The notes: generated by a model not told the origin, from the sequence alone. A DNA stretch of 64,000 bases from Octopus vulgaris (GCA_951406725.2 OX597836.1:24056001-24120000); one strand, 5' to 3'; counted from the first letter of the stretch, positions 39,931 to 52,423 are shown. Numbers and translations: made by a program.

Positions 39931-40287
39931 ATATGTAAAAATCAGAAAAAACACCTTTTATCAATTCAAAACGAACAATTAAATTACACCACCTAGAAAA
40001 TTACATATAATAGTATATGATATAATAGTAAATAATATAATATACCAAATATATACGTTATTAGTATTATTTTACAATTTACTTAATCATCGGTATATTA
40101 TTGTTATTTTAATATTTCTATTATATGTAATTTTCTAGATGGTGTAATTTATTGTTTATTTTGAATTGATGAAAGGTGTTTTTTCTAATCTTTTTATATA
40201 TATATTATATTTTGTGAAATTTGATTTAGTATTTCTAAATTGAATTTTTCCCTGTAAGTTAGGAATAATATTCCCTCAAATTATAAT

Positions 40288-40290
<3 letters not shown>
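39931..40290. repeat. Foldback repeat (arms about 39931-40013 / 40118-40200), probable PLE terminal fragment
   Basis: AGAAAAAACACCTTTTATCAATTCAAAA..CTAGAAAATTACATATAATAG is mirrored by CTATTATATGTAATTTTCTAG..TTTTGAATTGATGAAAGGTGTTTTTTCT; flanked by (TA)n. Confidence 0.8.
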
Positions 40291-40381
<91 letters not shown>

Positions 40382-40644
40382 TATTGTGAGCTTGCACATG
40401 TGTGTGTATGTTGAAACATTTGTCTTATTTATCTGATGAGCCGTGAATGGATATCAGAAGCCCGTTTGATCCTAATTCAAGCTGTGAACGTCGGCCATAT
40501 TCCACTTAATATATAGGTATCAGTTATATAGACACGTGATTAAAATATCTCTATTCACATCCGCATATTTTCGGAATGGTTTCACTGTACATTACAGTCA
40601 GAAAGCATCTTCTTTAGTGGACTCGAGCTGGTCGTCAGATTGGT

Positions 40645-40850
40645 TTTAAATTTTGGCACAAGTCTAGTAAGTTCGTGTTAGAGGATAAGTCGATTACATC
40701 GACCCCAGTGCTCAACTGGTACTTGTTTTATCGACACCAAAAGGAGGAAAGGCAAAATTAAACTTTGGCGGAAGCTGAACTCAGAACGTAAAGACGGACG
40801 AAATGCTGCTAAGCTTTTCGACTCGCTGACGATTCTGCCACTTCGCCTCA
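40645..40850 (-). mobile_element. SINE family A variant, diverged
   Basis: AGTCGATTACATCGACCCCAGTGCTCAACTGGTACT..GAACTCAGAACGTAAAGACG. Confidence 0.8.
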
Positions 40851-40948
40851 TTGAGCTGACCTTTACATTAATAATGAAACCTGGTAGAAACTACAAAGAA
40901 GCTTCTCGTATAAATTTATTCTACCACTTTTTACAGTTTCTATTATTG

Positions 40949-41428
40949 AAGTAATTCACGTTGCTAACGCTTTTACTGTTATGCAGATCAGAAACTAGCA
41001 ATTTTCTTCAGCTCGTGTTACCGTACACATAATCTCAACTCTAACTCATTCTGAGGCTTGTTTTGATGCCATCTAAGTATATTTTATTACTATCGTATCA
41101 TGCCATTACGAAGTGAATTTGAAATATTTGAAGCAGCTTAAACCTTATATATAAAAAAAAGTTAATCCAAACATGAAAACACAAAGAGAAAACACAACAA
41201 CGCAAGTATAGTGTTATTGGACGCTAAGGAAAACACACATACATACACAAACACACATTCACACATATACATGGCATGATACGATAGTAAGAAAATATAC
41301 TTAGATGGCATCAAAACAAGCCTATGAATGAGTTTGTGTTGAGATTATGCGTACGGAAACACGAGCTGAAGGAAATTGTTAGTTTCTGATCTGCATAATA
41401 GTAAAAGCGTTATCAACATGAATTACTT
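40949..41428. repeat. Inverted repeat, about 158-bp arms, 164-bp spacer
   Basis: 40949-41106 and 41271-41428 are reverse complements with scattered substitutions. Confidence 0.92.
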
Positions 41429-41432
41429 GTAG

Positions 41433-41510
<78 letters not shown>

Positions 41511-41676
41511 TGTATGTATGTATGTATGTGTATATATATATATATATACATGCATACATACATGCATGCATGCATACATACTTATAAATACATACAAACA
41601 TACACATACGCACGCACACAGACATACACACATTTATATACATGTATGTGCGTGTGCGTGTGTGTATATTTGTATG

Positions 41677-41748
<72 letters not shown>

Positions 41749-42504
41749 GAGGATATAATAGTGTATATACATGTATGTCTTTATTATATTTGTAATTTAG
41801 TGTATTTGTTTTGGAAGGTGTGTGCCAGTTTGAAAAGAATTCTGAAGATCTTAAATTATGATACTTCGCGTCGGAGCAAGATTATGGCATGAAATTATTT
41901 TTACTTCCAGATTAACATATGATACCACACTCTGAAAATATTTTTCTGTTGCTGTTATTTCTTTTCTGTCATTGACAATGATACTGCTAATATTTTTACT
42001 AACTAAATATAAATATTAGATATTTGAAGACGTATCAATTATTTGCCAAATACTTAGAAATCTATTACATAAATGTTAAGGAAAATAAACACCTAGGAGC
42101 TATAAAATAGTAATACCAGATGTTCTAATTAAGAGCGATATCGTGATTGGAGACGTGAAAATACAACTCTCATCGTATTAACTTCGTAAACAATTACTAC
42201 TTCGCAAATGTATTGCCTAGAGTTCTTCAAAGCCAAAATAATCTGGAAGAAATGATATATAATCGGTAAACCGAGTAGGTGAGCTCATTTTCAACCACCA
42301 TTAACGGGTATAGATTCCATCGAGCTGACTTTTCTTCGACATACTACAAGAAAACTAAACCTTCAGTTGTGACCTAACGACATATTAAGGGTGATAGACT
42401 TTTCCTCTCTGATGGTGATGGTTACGATTTATAATAGAATTTGCAAGAATGAATTGCATCAGAGCGGTTTATGTCTGGTAGTTATATTAAAAACAGATTA
42501 CATC

Positions 42505-42800
42505 ACATCATTACATTACATATCCCGTCGTCAGGCTCACCGTTGGGGCACCACTGATAACTTTGCGACCAGAACTCTCCACCTGTCTCTGTCTTCTGCC
42601 TCTCGCACTGCGTCTCTTATCTTTAGGCCTATCCATTCAGATGTTGTTTTCTCATCTCTTTCTCCGTCTGCCTCTGCGTCTGGCACTTTTGGCTGTTCCC
42701 TGAAGGATTGTTTTGGCCATTCCTGATGAGCGGGTGACATGCCTAAACCACCTGAACTTGCGTTTCTTTACTGTGGTACGTTCTTCATAGGCTTCTATTT
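42505..42800 (-). mobile_element. RTE-type LINE 3' end (second subfamily)
   Basis: TTVKKRKFRWFRHVTRSSGMAKTILQGT..EWIGLKIRDAVREAEDRDRWRVLV; short (TAATG)n tail. Confidence 0.85.
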
Positions 42801-42947
42801 CCTGTCTTATTCTTCTTTTCGCTTCCTTAAAAATAGATACTTTCAGACAAAACATACTTTAATATAGTTGCATTCCGATTTATTTTCAATAATATAAACC
42901 AACCTTTGTCTAATTCTTTGTTGATCTTTTCATTATTATATTACTAA

Positions 42948-43160
42948 TGGTGATGGCCTGCCAGAATCTTTAAGCACGCCGGGCAAAATGCTTCGTGGCA
43001 TTTCATCTGCCTTTACTTTTTGAGTTCAAATTCCGTTGGAGTCCTCTTTGTCTTTATCCTTTCGGGGTCGATAAAATAAGCAGCAGTTGAGCACTGGCAT
43101 CAATATAATCAACGAGCTCCCTCCCTCAAAATTTCAGGTCATGTGCTTCGAGCAGAACTG
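42948..43160 (+). mobile_element. SINE family A variant, old copy
   Basis: AGCACGCCGGGCAAAATGC..TGAGTTCAAATTCCG..CCTTTCGGGGTCGATAAAATAAG. Confidence 0.8.
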
Positions 43161-43496
43161 ATCGTCCTTCATATACTGGGCTTATATTCTACAGTCATCT
43201 TTACATTTTATTCTTTCGAGCTCAATAAAATAAGTACCAGACAGGTATTGAAGTCGATGTAACTGACTGTAACCATAATCAAAATAACTTCGAGTCCTAA
43301 TATGTCGTTGCTCCTTATGGACAAAGGCAGAGTATAAAATCAAAGCTGAGACTGTGCAACTAAGATAAGTTCCGACAAAGTGGCAATGCATTTATGTTAC
43401 TTTTTTTTTATATATAAATAACTATTATTTTATAAAATTGTTTTGGCTCATTTATAACTCTGATACATAATATAAATATAACTGTAATGAAAATAT

Positions 43497-43693
43497 TTCG
43501 TTTTTGGATTTGGTTTGCAAGATTCTTTATATGAGTTCGTGTGTTGAAGCATATTCTGTTGTGTCTGGGGAGAGTCATTCTCTTTTTGTGCCTTGTAATT
43601 TAACACACGCACCGGTAAAATTTCCACTTATTTCTTATTTCTGTTTTCTAAAATTTTCGTTGCGTCTTGCAACCTTTTCAATAGTCTTGACTC
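43497..43693 (-). mobile_element. PLE-like terminal repeat, copy 1 of a two-copy family
   Basis: Reverse complement of 46296-46500; carries a hammerhead-like motif. Confidence 0.7.
43648..43684 (-). ncRNA. Minimal hammerhead motif with U3-A8 variant core
   Basis: Minus strand reads CUA-UUGAAAA-G-GUUGC-AAGAC-GCAAC-GAA-AAUU-U-UAG. Confidence 0.55.
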
Positions 43694-44387
43694 TAATGAA
43701 AATGATTATGAAATTAACGATTTTGATTTCGAACGGTGAAGGCCAGCAGACAGACATAAGTTGTAAGCCCTATTTTGTTCCGTTTCTTTTTATTCTGAGT
43801 TCAAATTGGGATCAACTTTTTTCTTTCAACTCTCTAGTATGTATACAGTAAATACCAGTTAAACATGCGATTTGGTTAATGGATTGTGCTTTTCTTCTAA
43901 AATGTATATTCTGTGACAGCGTTACAAAGAACTTATCTATCTGTTTAAAACATTCCAGTGGTGTATATACCCACGTACATACTGGATATTTTTGCCCAGT
44001 TGCTCAGTGAAATACAATTGATTTATGGAAATTTTACTAATTAAGCTTTTCTCCATGATTTTGCTTAATAGTCATAAGCGAAATTATTATAAAGAGGTCT
44101 GATCTTACATCTTGCATTAAAGTATAATGATATACCATATCAAGCGATGCGATGCCTAAAATATTAATCTCCTATGTAATGCTTTATTTTTGAAACGAAA
44201 TCGAAGACAAACGCTATTACAGATGTGACACTGACACTGTATAACTGGAAAACCAATGAATATTTAAAATTAAGTAACATATAAATACGCCTACATATAT
44301 ACGTCTTTATATATGCTTACGTATATGTAGATGCATATACATATATGCATAAGTAAATGTGTATGTATGCACACACACACACACACA

Positions 44388-44463
<76 letters not shown>

Positions 44464-44659
44464 AGACAAAAATAGATACAGAGAGAGAGAGGAGAAAAGA
44501 AAGATAGAGAAGACAGGATACATACTTTAGTGGAGTATCTACAGCACTTTAATTTCTGTGCTTTGTAGTTTTAGGTTTGAAACTAATTATGTTTAGGTTT
44601 GATGATTGTATTAGTAATGATAGATAACATTGGTTTACAGAGAAATTGAGGCAATTGTT

Positions 44660-45300
44660 CTAGCCTAATTTGGGGGCTCTGATTTCAGAAACAAAACCAG
44701 GTTTCACTCATCACTTCTAGTTTTTGAGATGCACATTATTTTGATTTTGTGACAATTCACGTAACCATGTATATGATCAATTTTTATTTTGTTTTCCAGA
44801 TTTTGTCATGCATATGATACATATCTCTAGATTGGCTTCAGGCACTTCAAAACACCGAGGATACATCAACAAGGCAAATTCATTCTGCTACGTGTGTGAC
44901 TTCACGACAGTTGCGCTGTACGGAACAAATGCTTCCCTCTTGGGAACTGCTTGCTTTCATTATTTTGACTGTAAGATTAGAGATTAAGACAAATCCTGGG
45001 CCCAACACATCTGTTGTAAACCTTACTATAATGGACTGACTGCATGGTTTAACAGCAAGAAAGCAGCCTTCAACTTTATGTCCCGATGGCCTGGAGAAAG
45101 CCACGAAGCCATGCAGATGATTGTTATTTTTGTCTAACAAATATAACAGGTTTCAATGCTTCTCCTAGAAAAAATTATATATCCCAACCTTATCTCAGCT
45201 ATGGGACCTGTTCCCCACTCAGATGATCTCTCTAATCTTACACTCCCAGCAAATAAGGATCTTCTTCCTTCATCAGGTGAAGAAATGCCAGACAGGTAAT
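44660..45300 (+). mobile_element. Chapaev3-like (CMC) DNA transposon 5' part, pseudogenised
   Basis: INKANSFCYVCDFTT..HYFDCKIRD*DKSWAQHICCK..VPMAWRKPRSHADDCYFCLTNITGF..YPNLISAMGPVPHSDD. The family assignment is from recall of this Cys-rich N-terminus. Confidence 0.6.
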
Positions 45301-45997
45301 CTGTCTAAGCTAGATGTTAGTGAAAACTCGAAGTGTTAGATTATTTTTACATTTAGACCTGTGGAAAATTTTGAAGGACTTGAAAAATTTGTGTATACAT
45401 GTGGAGAATGCTTCGCGCTGCTAAGCAATTTGATATATCATAACTTTCCAAGGATCATATGTATTGTGTTTTTCACCTATGTTTCATGAGCTGAACATCG
45501 ATCAAAAGTATTTTGTTGTAAAGTTACACAATTATTTATATTCGAGATGCATTTGAACCATGCATTGTTGAAACCATCGTATAAAGGAAGAAATATAATA
45601 CCGTTACCTCCATTACATGTGTTTCATTTCCTAATAGAAGGTACAAAATTGTACATGCTGCATGTAAAGTATCTGCTTTGAGGAATTTTTCAAACAGAGA
45701 ATCAAATAATACTAATATTTTCGATTTTCGGCTTGAGGAATTACTAATAATAGATATCTTACAAGTTTCGCCTGCATTTACAATTTTGTAACTCCAATTA
45801 GAAAATGAAACATGTGTAATGGTAATAAATAATACCAAATTTTTTTCAAATCTCCGGTTTTTATATGTAAAATACATTTTCCAGTATTTTTCAACTCTTG
45901 TGCATACCTCAGACAAATATAACAGTTACATAGAATTGCTGGAATGAACAAATATGCTTCAATAAGATACAGCGGGATTACATTTCTATCTACATAT

Positions 45998-46058
<61 letters not shown>

Positions 46059-46129
46059 ATGTGTGTATGTGTGTGTATATATATATATATACATATATAT
46101 ATGTATATATATATATGTATATATATATA

Positions 46130-46218
<89 letters not shown>

Positions 46219-46231
46219 CTATATCTTTATA

Positions 46232-46500
46232 CTATTGTGTTTGGGGAGAGTCATTTTCCTTTTGTGCCTTATAATTTAACACACTCACCGGTAAGAGAGT
46301 CAAGATTATTGAAAAGATTGCAAGACGCAACGAAATTTTTGGAAAATAAAAATAAGGAATAAGTGGAAATTTTACCGGTGCGTGTGTTAAATTATAAGGC
46401 ACAAAAAGAAAATGACTCTCCCCAGACACAATAGAATATGCTTCAACACACGAACTCACATAAAGAAATAAAGAATTACAAACCAAATCCCAAAACGAAA
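46232..46500 (+). mobile_element. PLE-like terminal repeat, copy 2, with 5' inverted duplication
   Basis: Arms 46232-46294 and 46372-46434 are reverse complements; the loop contains the variant hammerhead at 46306-46342. Confidence 0.75.
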
Positions 46501-46537
46501 TGTATATATATATTTATATGTACGTATGTATGTATGC

Positions 46538-46614
<77 letters not shown>

Positions 46615-46693
46615 TGTATGTATGTATGTATGTATGTGTATATTATTTATATATGTGTGTGTGTATACACACATATATACATTTGTATATATA

Positions 46694-46731
<38 letters not shown>

Positions 46732-46809
46732 TATATTATATATGTACATGTATATATGTGTGTGAATTTACATGTGCGAGCGTGTGAGTGTGCAAATGTA
46801 TATATGTGT

Positions 46810-47110
46810 ATTCTATTATTCTATTCTAGTCTATTATTCTACTGACGGTTTCAGCCGGAGACTGTGACCCTGCTGAGGCCCCGCCAATAGCACTAATACT
46901 TGTTTGATTTAGGCTCATTTCGTGGTCCTGTCTGCAGAATTGGTATAGCGAGCGAAGTAGCGAGTTGGAGAAGGCTGCCCTTCTTTGCGCATCTCGCAGT
47001 GACGTGGGTTCGTCTTTGAACCAGAAGCTGTTTCAGTATTTGTCTCTTAACTCGGAATATGGATCTATGGTACTATGCAGTGACACGCAGTCCGGTGAGT
47101 GCTATATACG
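46810..47110 (-). mobile_element. CR1-like LINE 3' end
   Basis: Minus strand ends GGCGGGGCCTCAGCAGGGTCACAGTCTCCGGCTGAAACC plus a (GAATA)n-like tail, similar to 3750-3787 and to the SINE B tail. Confidence 0.6.
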
Positions 47111-47150
47111 GTGATTAGTATCTATCGTAATATATGATTGTATGTGTGTG

Positions 47151-47196
<46 letters not shown>

Positions 47197-47794
47197 TGTG
47201 TGTGTATGTATATACATACACACATATTCACACACACACACACACACACAAATCCACAAACACACGCACAACAAGCACATATACAGACTAGGTAGTCATA
47301 GCGAATTATGATTTCAAATTCTAGCATAGGATCACATTTTGTATGGGTAGAGAAACAATCGATTAAATTGAGAACTAGTCAGTATTGTGTGTTATTTCAT
47401 TCCAAGAGGATTACAAGGTGTCACAATCAGTGTGATTTCATATCGTTAAGTAATACCAGACGAATTGCTCTCAGTGTTTTAGCGATTCTACCAATCATCA
47501 TTGATAATAATAATAGTTTGGTGAAAAGAGTTCGTAGAAGTCGACGCCAGGTTTTTGTCTGATACTAAAATTTATTGCTCCCCTTAAGGGTTCAAATGAG
47601 AACATAAAAAGGTGTTACTTCTGATACGGATTAAGTTCGAAGCTTTACCGATTCTACTGTTGACATTTGCATTAATATTAGTAATAAAATTATAAATATC
47701 TTAGTATAAAATATAACTGATTAAATTCGCTCATTAAAATTTAAGTGTTTGTTCAAGGGAGACAACACGCAATTCTGATTCTACGTAATGATTT

Positions 47795-48163
47795 CCACCA
47801 CGGGCACAAGGCCTGAAATTGTCGGGGATCGGACTACTCGATTACATAGACCCCAGGCGGCGAGCTGGCAGAAACGTTAGCACGCCGGGCGAAATGCGTA
47901 GCCGTATTTCGTCTGCCGTTACGTTCTGAGTTCAAATCCCGCCGAGGTCGACTTTGCCTTTCATCCTTTCGGGGTCGATAAATTAAGTACCAGTTACGCA
48001 CTGGGGTCGATGTAATCGACTCAATCCGTTAGTCTGTCCTTGTTTGTCCCCTCTATGTTCAGCCCCTTGTGGGTAATAAAGAAACATATTACATAGACCC
48101 CAGTACCTAACTGGTACCTATTATACTGAACCTGAAACGATGAAAGGCAAAGTCAACCTCAGC
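47795..48163 (-). mobile_element. Older SINE A variant interrupted by a younger SINE
   Basis: Halves 47795-47856 and 48088-48163 join into a continuous minus-strand SINE. Confidence 0.8.
47857..48087 (+). mobile_element. Young SINE family A with 16-bp TSD
   Basis: TSD ATTACATAGACCCCAG at 47841-47856 and 48088-48103; nearly identical to 50259-50490. Confidence 0.93.
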
Positions 48164-48827
48164 AGAGATGAGGAATTATATACATTATTTACGTAATTCC
48201 TCATCTCTTAAATAGAGAAAAAATCAGTTATGATCGAATAAGGCAGAGCAGACAATATCAAAATTTTAATCAATTAACTCATATCTATTAGCACATAATG
48301 CGGTATGGAAGCATAACCAGATTTGTTGCGACCGTAATCCAAATGTAACTTGCTAGAGCAAAGAAATATTAGAGAGAGATAATTTGTACTTTGGAGGGTA
48401 AGAAAGTTGCGGAAAGATTGCTGGTGAATGGGTTAATACTCAGTGACACTTGCTGCAGCCATGCCTGCCTACCCCGAACCCAGACGTTATCTTAACAACT
48501 TACATGACTGAATCAGTTATAGAAACACATTATATTCACGCACACACGCACACAGACACTCACAAGAGTGAAGGGGAGAGATGTATATATATATATATAT
48601 ATATATGTTATTCTTTTATTCTTTTAACTTGTTTCAGTCATTTGACTGCGGCCATGCTCAAGCACCGCCTTTGTAAGCCTAGTACTTTTCTATCGGCATC
48701 TTTTGCCGAACCGCTAAGTTACGGGAACGTAAACACACCAGCATTGGTTGTCAAACAATGTTTGGGGGGGACAAACATACACACACACACATGCATACAT
48801 ACATTCATACATACATACATACATACA

Positions 48828-48859
<32 letters not shown>

Positions 48860-48952
48860 ACAATATATAACAATAGGGTAATAAGAATTATAGGAATTAT
48901 TATTACCAGTGGCCTAGCACAAAACGAATTAGTCATTAGACTATATATTATT

Positions 48953-49071
48953 CACGTAGAAATATCGTGTACATTAAGACACATCAAGAGGCTTCTACTG
49001 CTCTTTCTAGCACAAGGCTTTCCTATTGGAAGCCTCTTGATGGGTCTTAATGTACACGATATTTCTATGTG
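48953..49071. repeat. Inverted repeat, 43-bp arms
   Basis: CACGTAGAAATATCGTGTACATTAAGACACATCAAGAGGCTTC / GAAGCCTCTTGATGGGTCTTAATGTACACGATATTTCTATGTG. Confidence 0.92.
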
Positions 49072-49078
49072 TATACAC

Positions 49079-49146
<68 letters not shown>

Positions 49147-49243
49147 TATACAAAGTTAATCCAAACATGAAAACTCAAAGAGAAAACACGACAACGCGAG
49201 GACGTGAAACAAGTATGGTGTTATTGGACGCTCAGGAAAGAAG

Positions 49244-49302
<59 letters not shown>

Positions 49303-49353
49303 GGTCCCGGGTTGATTCGGGGTTAACCACAGTAAATAAGGTACTCAATACAT

Positions 49354-49397
49354 AGGGCTTCCTGAAGATTTCTCTTGAATGAAACACTTCTAGTCCT
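49354..49397 (+). ncRNA. Hammerhead-like motif, weak stems
   Basis: AGGGCT-TC-CTGAAGA-TTTC-TCTT-GAAT-GAAA-CACTTCT-AGTCCT. Confidence 0.35.
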
Positions 49398-49417
49398 GTA
49401 GAACCTCATTCTATATA

Positions 49418-49475
<58 letters not shown>

Positions 49476-50258
49476 ATATACGATGGGCTTCTTTCAGCTT
49501 CCGTCTACCAAATCCACTCATAAGGCTTTGGTCGGCCCGAGGCTGTAGTAGAAAACCCTTGCCCAAGGTGCCACGCAGTGGGACTGAACTCGGAACCATG
49601 TGATTGGTAAGCAAGCTACTTATCATGCATTAACTCCATATAAGACAAGGTACAAATAAAGGAAAAATACATAATAACCATTATTCATACTTGTCTTGTA
49701 TATCACTCTGAGCAAAACCAGGTAGGTAGGTACATATATGGGAATACACATGTACGTGTCGATCGATTACTTGCAATCAGTGAAGCAATTGTTTGAAGTG
49801 TTACTTTTGAGTTTCAAAAATAATTAACAGTTTCATTGGATAATGAAAAGAATTGAATATGACTACTTCTAAGTATGAGACACATTTGAGAAAATAGAAA
49901 TAAGCAATATTTCTGTAAAGAATTTATGATTAATCTTTCATTGAGTACTTCAAAATTGTCATAATTTAAAAGGGAGCAAAATGCAATACTTCTTACTACC
50001 CCAATCAAAGAAATGATTCGTAGATGTAAGGGAGACAACTGATTAAAAATTCCCAATAGCTTCACATTTTAAATAGTTTACTATTTGTACAAGTGACAAT
50101 CGCTTCTGACAAACTTTCAGTAACTGATGTCAAGTCGTTTATTTATTTTTTTTAATGATATTTAACCTGTCTCATTCCTCATTTTAATACCCAGCAAAAA
50201 ATATTGATTAATATTAATATTGATTAGTCTCCAATATAGAGATTGAATGATAGGTTTA

Positions 50259-50490
50259 AGGCGGCGAGCTGGGAGAAACGTTAGCACGCCGGGCGAAATG
50301 CGTAGCCGTATTTCGTCTGCCGTTACGTTCTGAGTTCAAATTCCGCCGAGGTCGACTTTGCCTTTCATCCTTTCGGGGTCGATAAATTAAGTACCAGTTA
50401 CGCACTGGGATCGATGTAATCGACTTAATCCGTTTGTCTGTCCTTGTTTGTCCCCTCTGTGTTTAGCCCCTTGTGGGTAGTACAAAAATA
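50259..50490 (+). mobile_element. Young SINE family A with 10-bp TSD
   Basis: TSD GATAGGTTTA at 50249-50258 and 50491-50500. Confidence 0.93.
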
Positions 50491-50892
50491 GATAGGTTTA
50501 CATCGGCTTGTTTGTATGTATGTATGTATGTACGTATAAACCGATTGTTTGTGCAGTACTCGGAGTTAACTTTAAAGTGAACCACAAGTGTCTTTTTGCT
50601 CATATGTTCAGTCGTTCCTGAAGAGAAAACAACAAAGAGAGCAATTGATTTTCTTTAACTTTAATTACAAATAGCTTTGACATGAAAACGGCAATTTGGT
50701 AAAACATGTTGAACGAAAATCTCTTCACCGGTTTTCGTTTTCAGTTCGAATAATGCCGACGTGTAATTTACCTTTCAGTCCTTAATGATTTGAAATCGTT
50801 GTAATTAATTATTTTATTTATTTTTTGTTCAAGATGTTTAATTTCGCATGTCATATAACAACCCTTCCATTCAAAAGGACACCATTAGTTTT

Positions 50893-52027
50893 AGGTAGCG
50901 TCAGAAAAACATATCTCTCTGCGTTGCAGAGATAAACCTTCAAGTCGATTCAAGTGATAAAATCATCGGGGCTTCGAAGAAAACAAAGTTTTTGAAGATA
51001 TTTCTAACTGATTACATCAGAACATTGTAAAAGTTAGTGTTCATATCTAACAAACATATTTAATATGAGATCTAAATCATCTGCATGCTCGAATCAAGTG
51101 GTCTTAGTTCATTTTTGGATATTACTCTGACATTATTATGGCATCTTTCAAAGAATCTTTGGTGTTATGGGCGTGTTCATTGACCTCTCTCTCAACAACG
51201 CTCCACATGTAATAGTCCAATGGATTGAGATCTGGGGAATTAGGAGGCCAAATGTTAGGGGTTATATGATCATGAAAATTTCCCGCCATCCATTCTTATG
51301 TTACTAGAGCCATGTGTGATAGTACAGAGTCTTACTGAAACACATACGACCTTCTATTGCATACACTGTCTATCCAGGGCTTAGCAATAATTTCCAGGAC
51401 CTCAATGTAGGCGGCAAAGTTAACTCTAAGGCCTTGTGGAAAGAAGTAAGGAGGCATCACATATCCTTCATTCCTGACCACCCTTAAAACCATGACAGTT
51501 GCAGGAAGTTTTGTATACATAACACTTGAACCTTCAGAAGGGTCTGCATATAACCGTCTGTCAATCTTCTGTTAACTTTTTGATCTTGGGTGAAGTTTTT
51601 CTCGTTTGAGAAAAACCAAATTAAATCTTCTTCTGCTAGATTTTTCAGTTTGTTTAAGAGCCTTTTAGATCTGATGTAGTGATTTTCTTTTGCTTTTTCT
51701 GACAAATGACCTTTCCTCATCATATAAGACTTATATCTAATGTCTTCATGGACAACATTTCTGACTGTTCTTTCTGACACATTGAGATATTTTTGTAATT
51801 GATCTCATAGACCTTCTGGGATTGTAATCAATGGTCTGTTGAACTTGCTGGATAAATGCAGGTGTTCGGATGATTTCAGAGCATTTAGAATGCGTTTTAT
51901 GCTTTGAGACTGGTGATACATTTCCATCTTTAGACTCTAGCTCCTTACAAACTTTGTAGACGAAAGATCTGGCGACTTTTAAAACTCGAGTTATTTCTAA
52001 ATCGCTATGCTCAGCCTTTATAATCAC
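50893..52027 (-). mobile_element. Tc1/mariner DD37D (maT) transposon, 5'-truncated
   Basis: IWFFSNEKNF..YVFQ*DSVLSH..WPPNSPDLNPLDYY, with 37 residues between the 2nd and 3rd Asp; stops and frameshifts present. Confidence 0.9.
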
Positions 52028-52047
52028 AGGTTCGAAATTTCCCCAAG

Positions 52048-52090
52048 AGACCTGATGAAGGCTGGAAGGTGTATCAGCCGAAACTTGTGC
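52048..52090 (+). ncRNA. Minimal hammerhead motif in a short repeat fragment
   Basis: CTGATGA-A-GGCTG-GAAGGTGTAT-CAGCC-GAAAC-TT-GT: intact core and 5-bp stem II, degraded stems I and III. Confidence 0.5.
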
Positions 52091-52392
52091 TAACAACAAA
52101 GAAGATGAGGACACATATGCGTCAATTGTAAATAATGTAAATAATATATATATACATATGTTCATATATATATATAAGCACATATATTTATGTATGTATG
52201 TATGTATGTATTTCTGTATGTCTGTATGTATGTCTGTATGTATGCATGCATGTGTGTAGGTATGTATGCATATATTTATGTAAATGTATATATGCATGTA
52301 TATTAAAATACATGCTACATACATTCTAGCATTCCCACCTATCTACTTACCTACCTATACACATATACGTTTGCATGCGTACATACACACAG

Positions 52393-52423
<31 letters not shown>

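Larger units (their letters stand above)
48609..49624 (-). mobile_element. SINE family B split by insertions in its internal microsatellite
   Basis: Tail at 48609-48780, head at 49480-49624; PLE-like fragments and (TA)n lie between. Confidence 0.65.

Noticed and set aside
40410-40445. GAAACATTTGTC..CTGATGA
   Set aside because: No stem I hairpin and no stem II pairing.
42720-42735. CTGATGA here and on the minus strand at about 45270
   Set aside because: Both are antisense of coding sequence (RTE, Chapaev-like) with no GAAA or stems.
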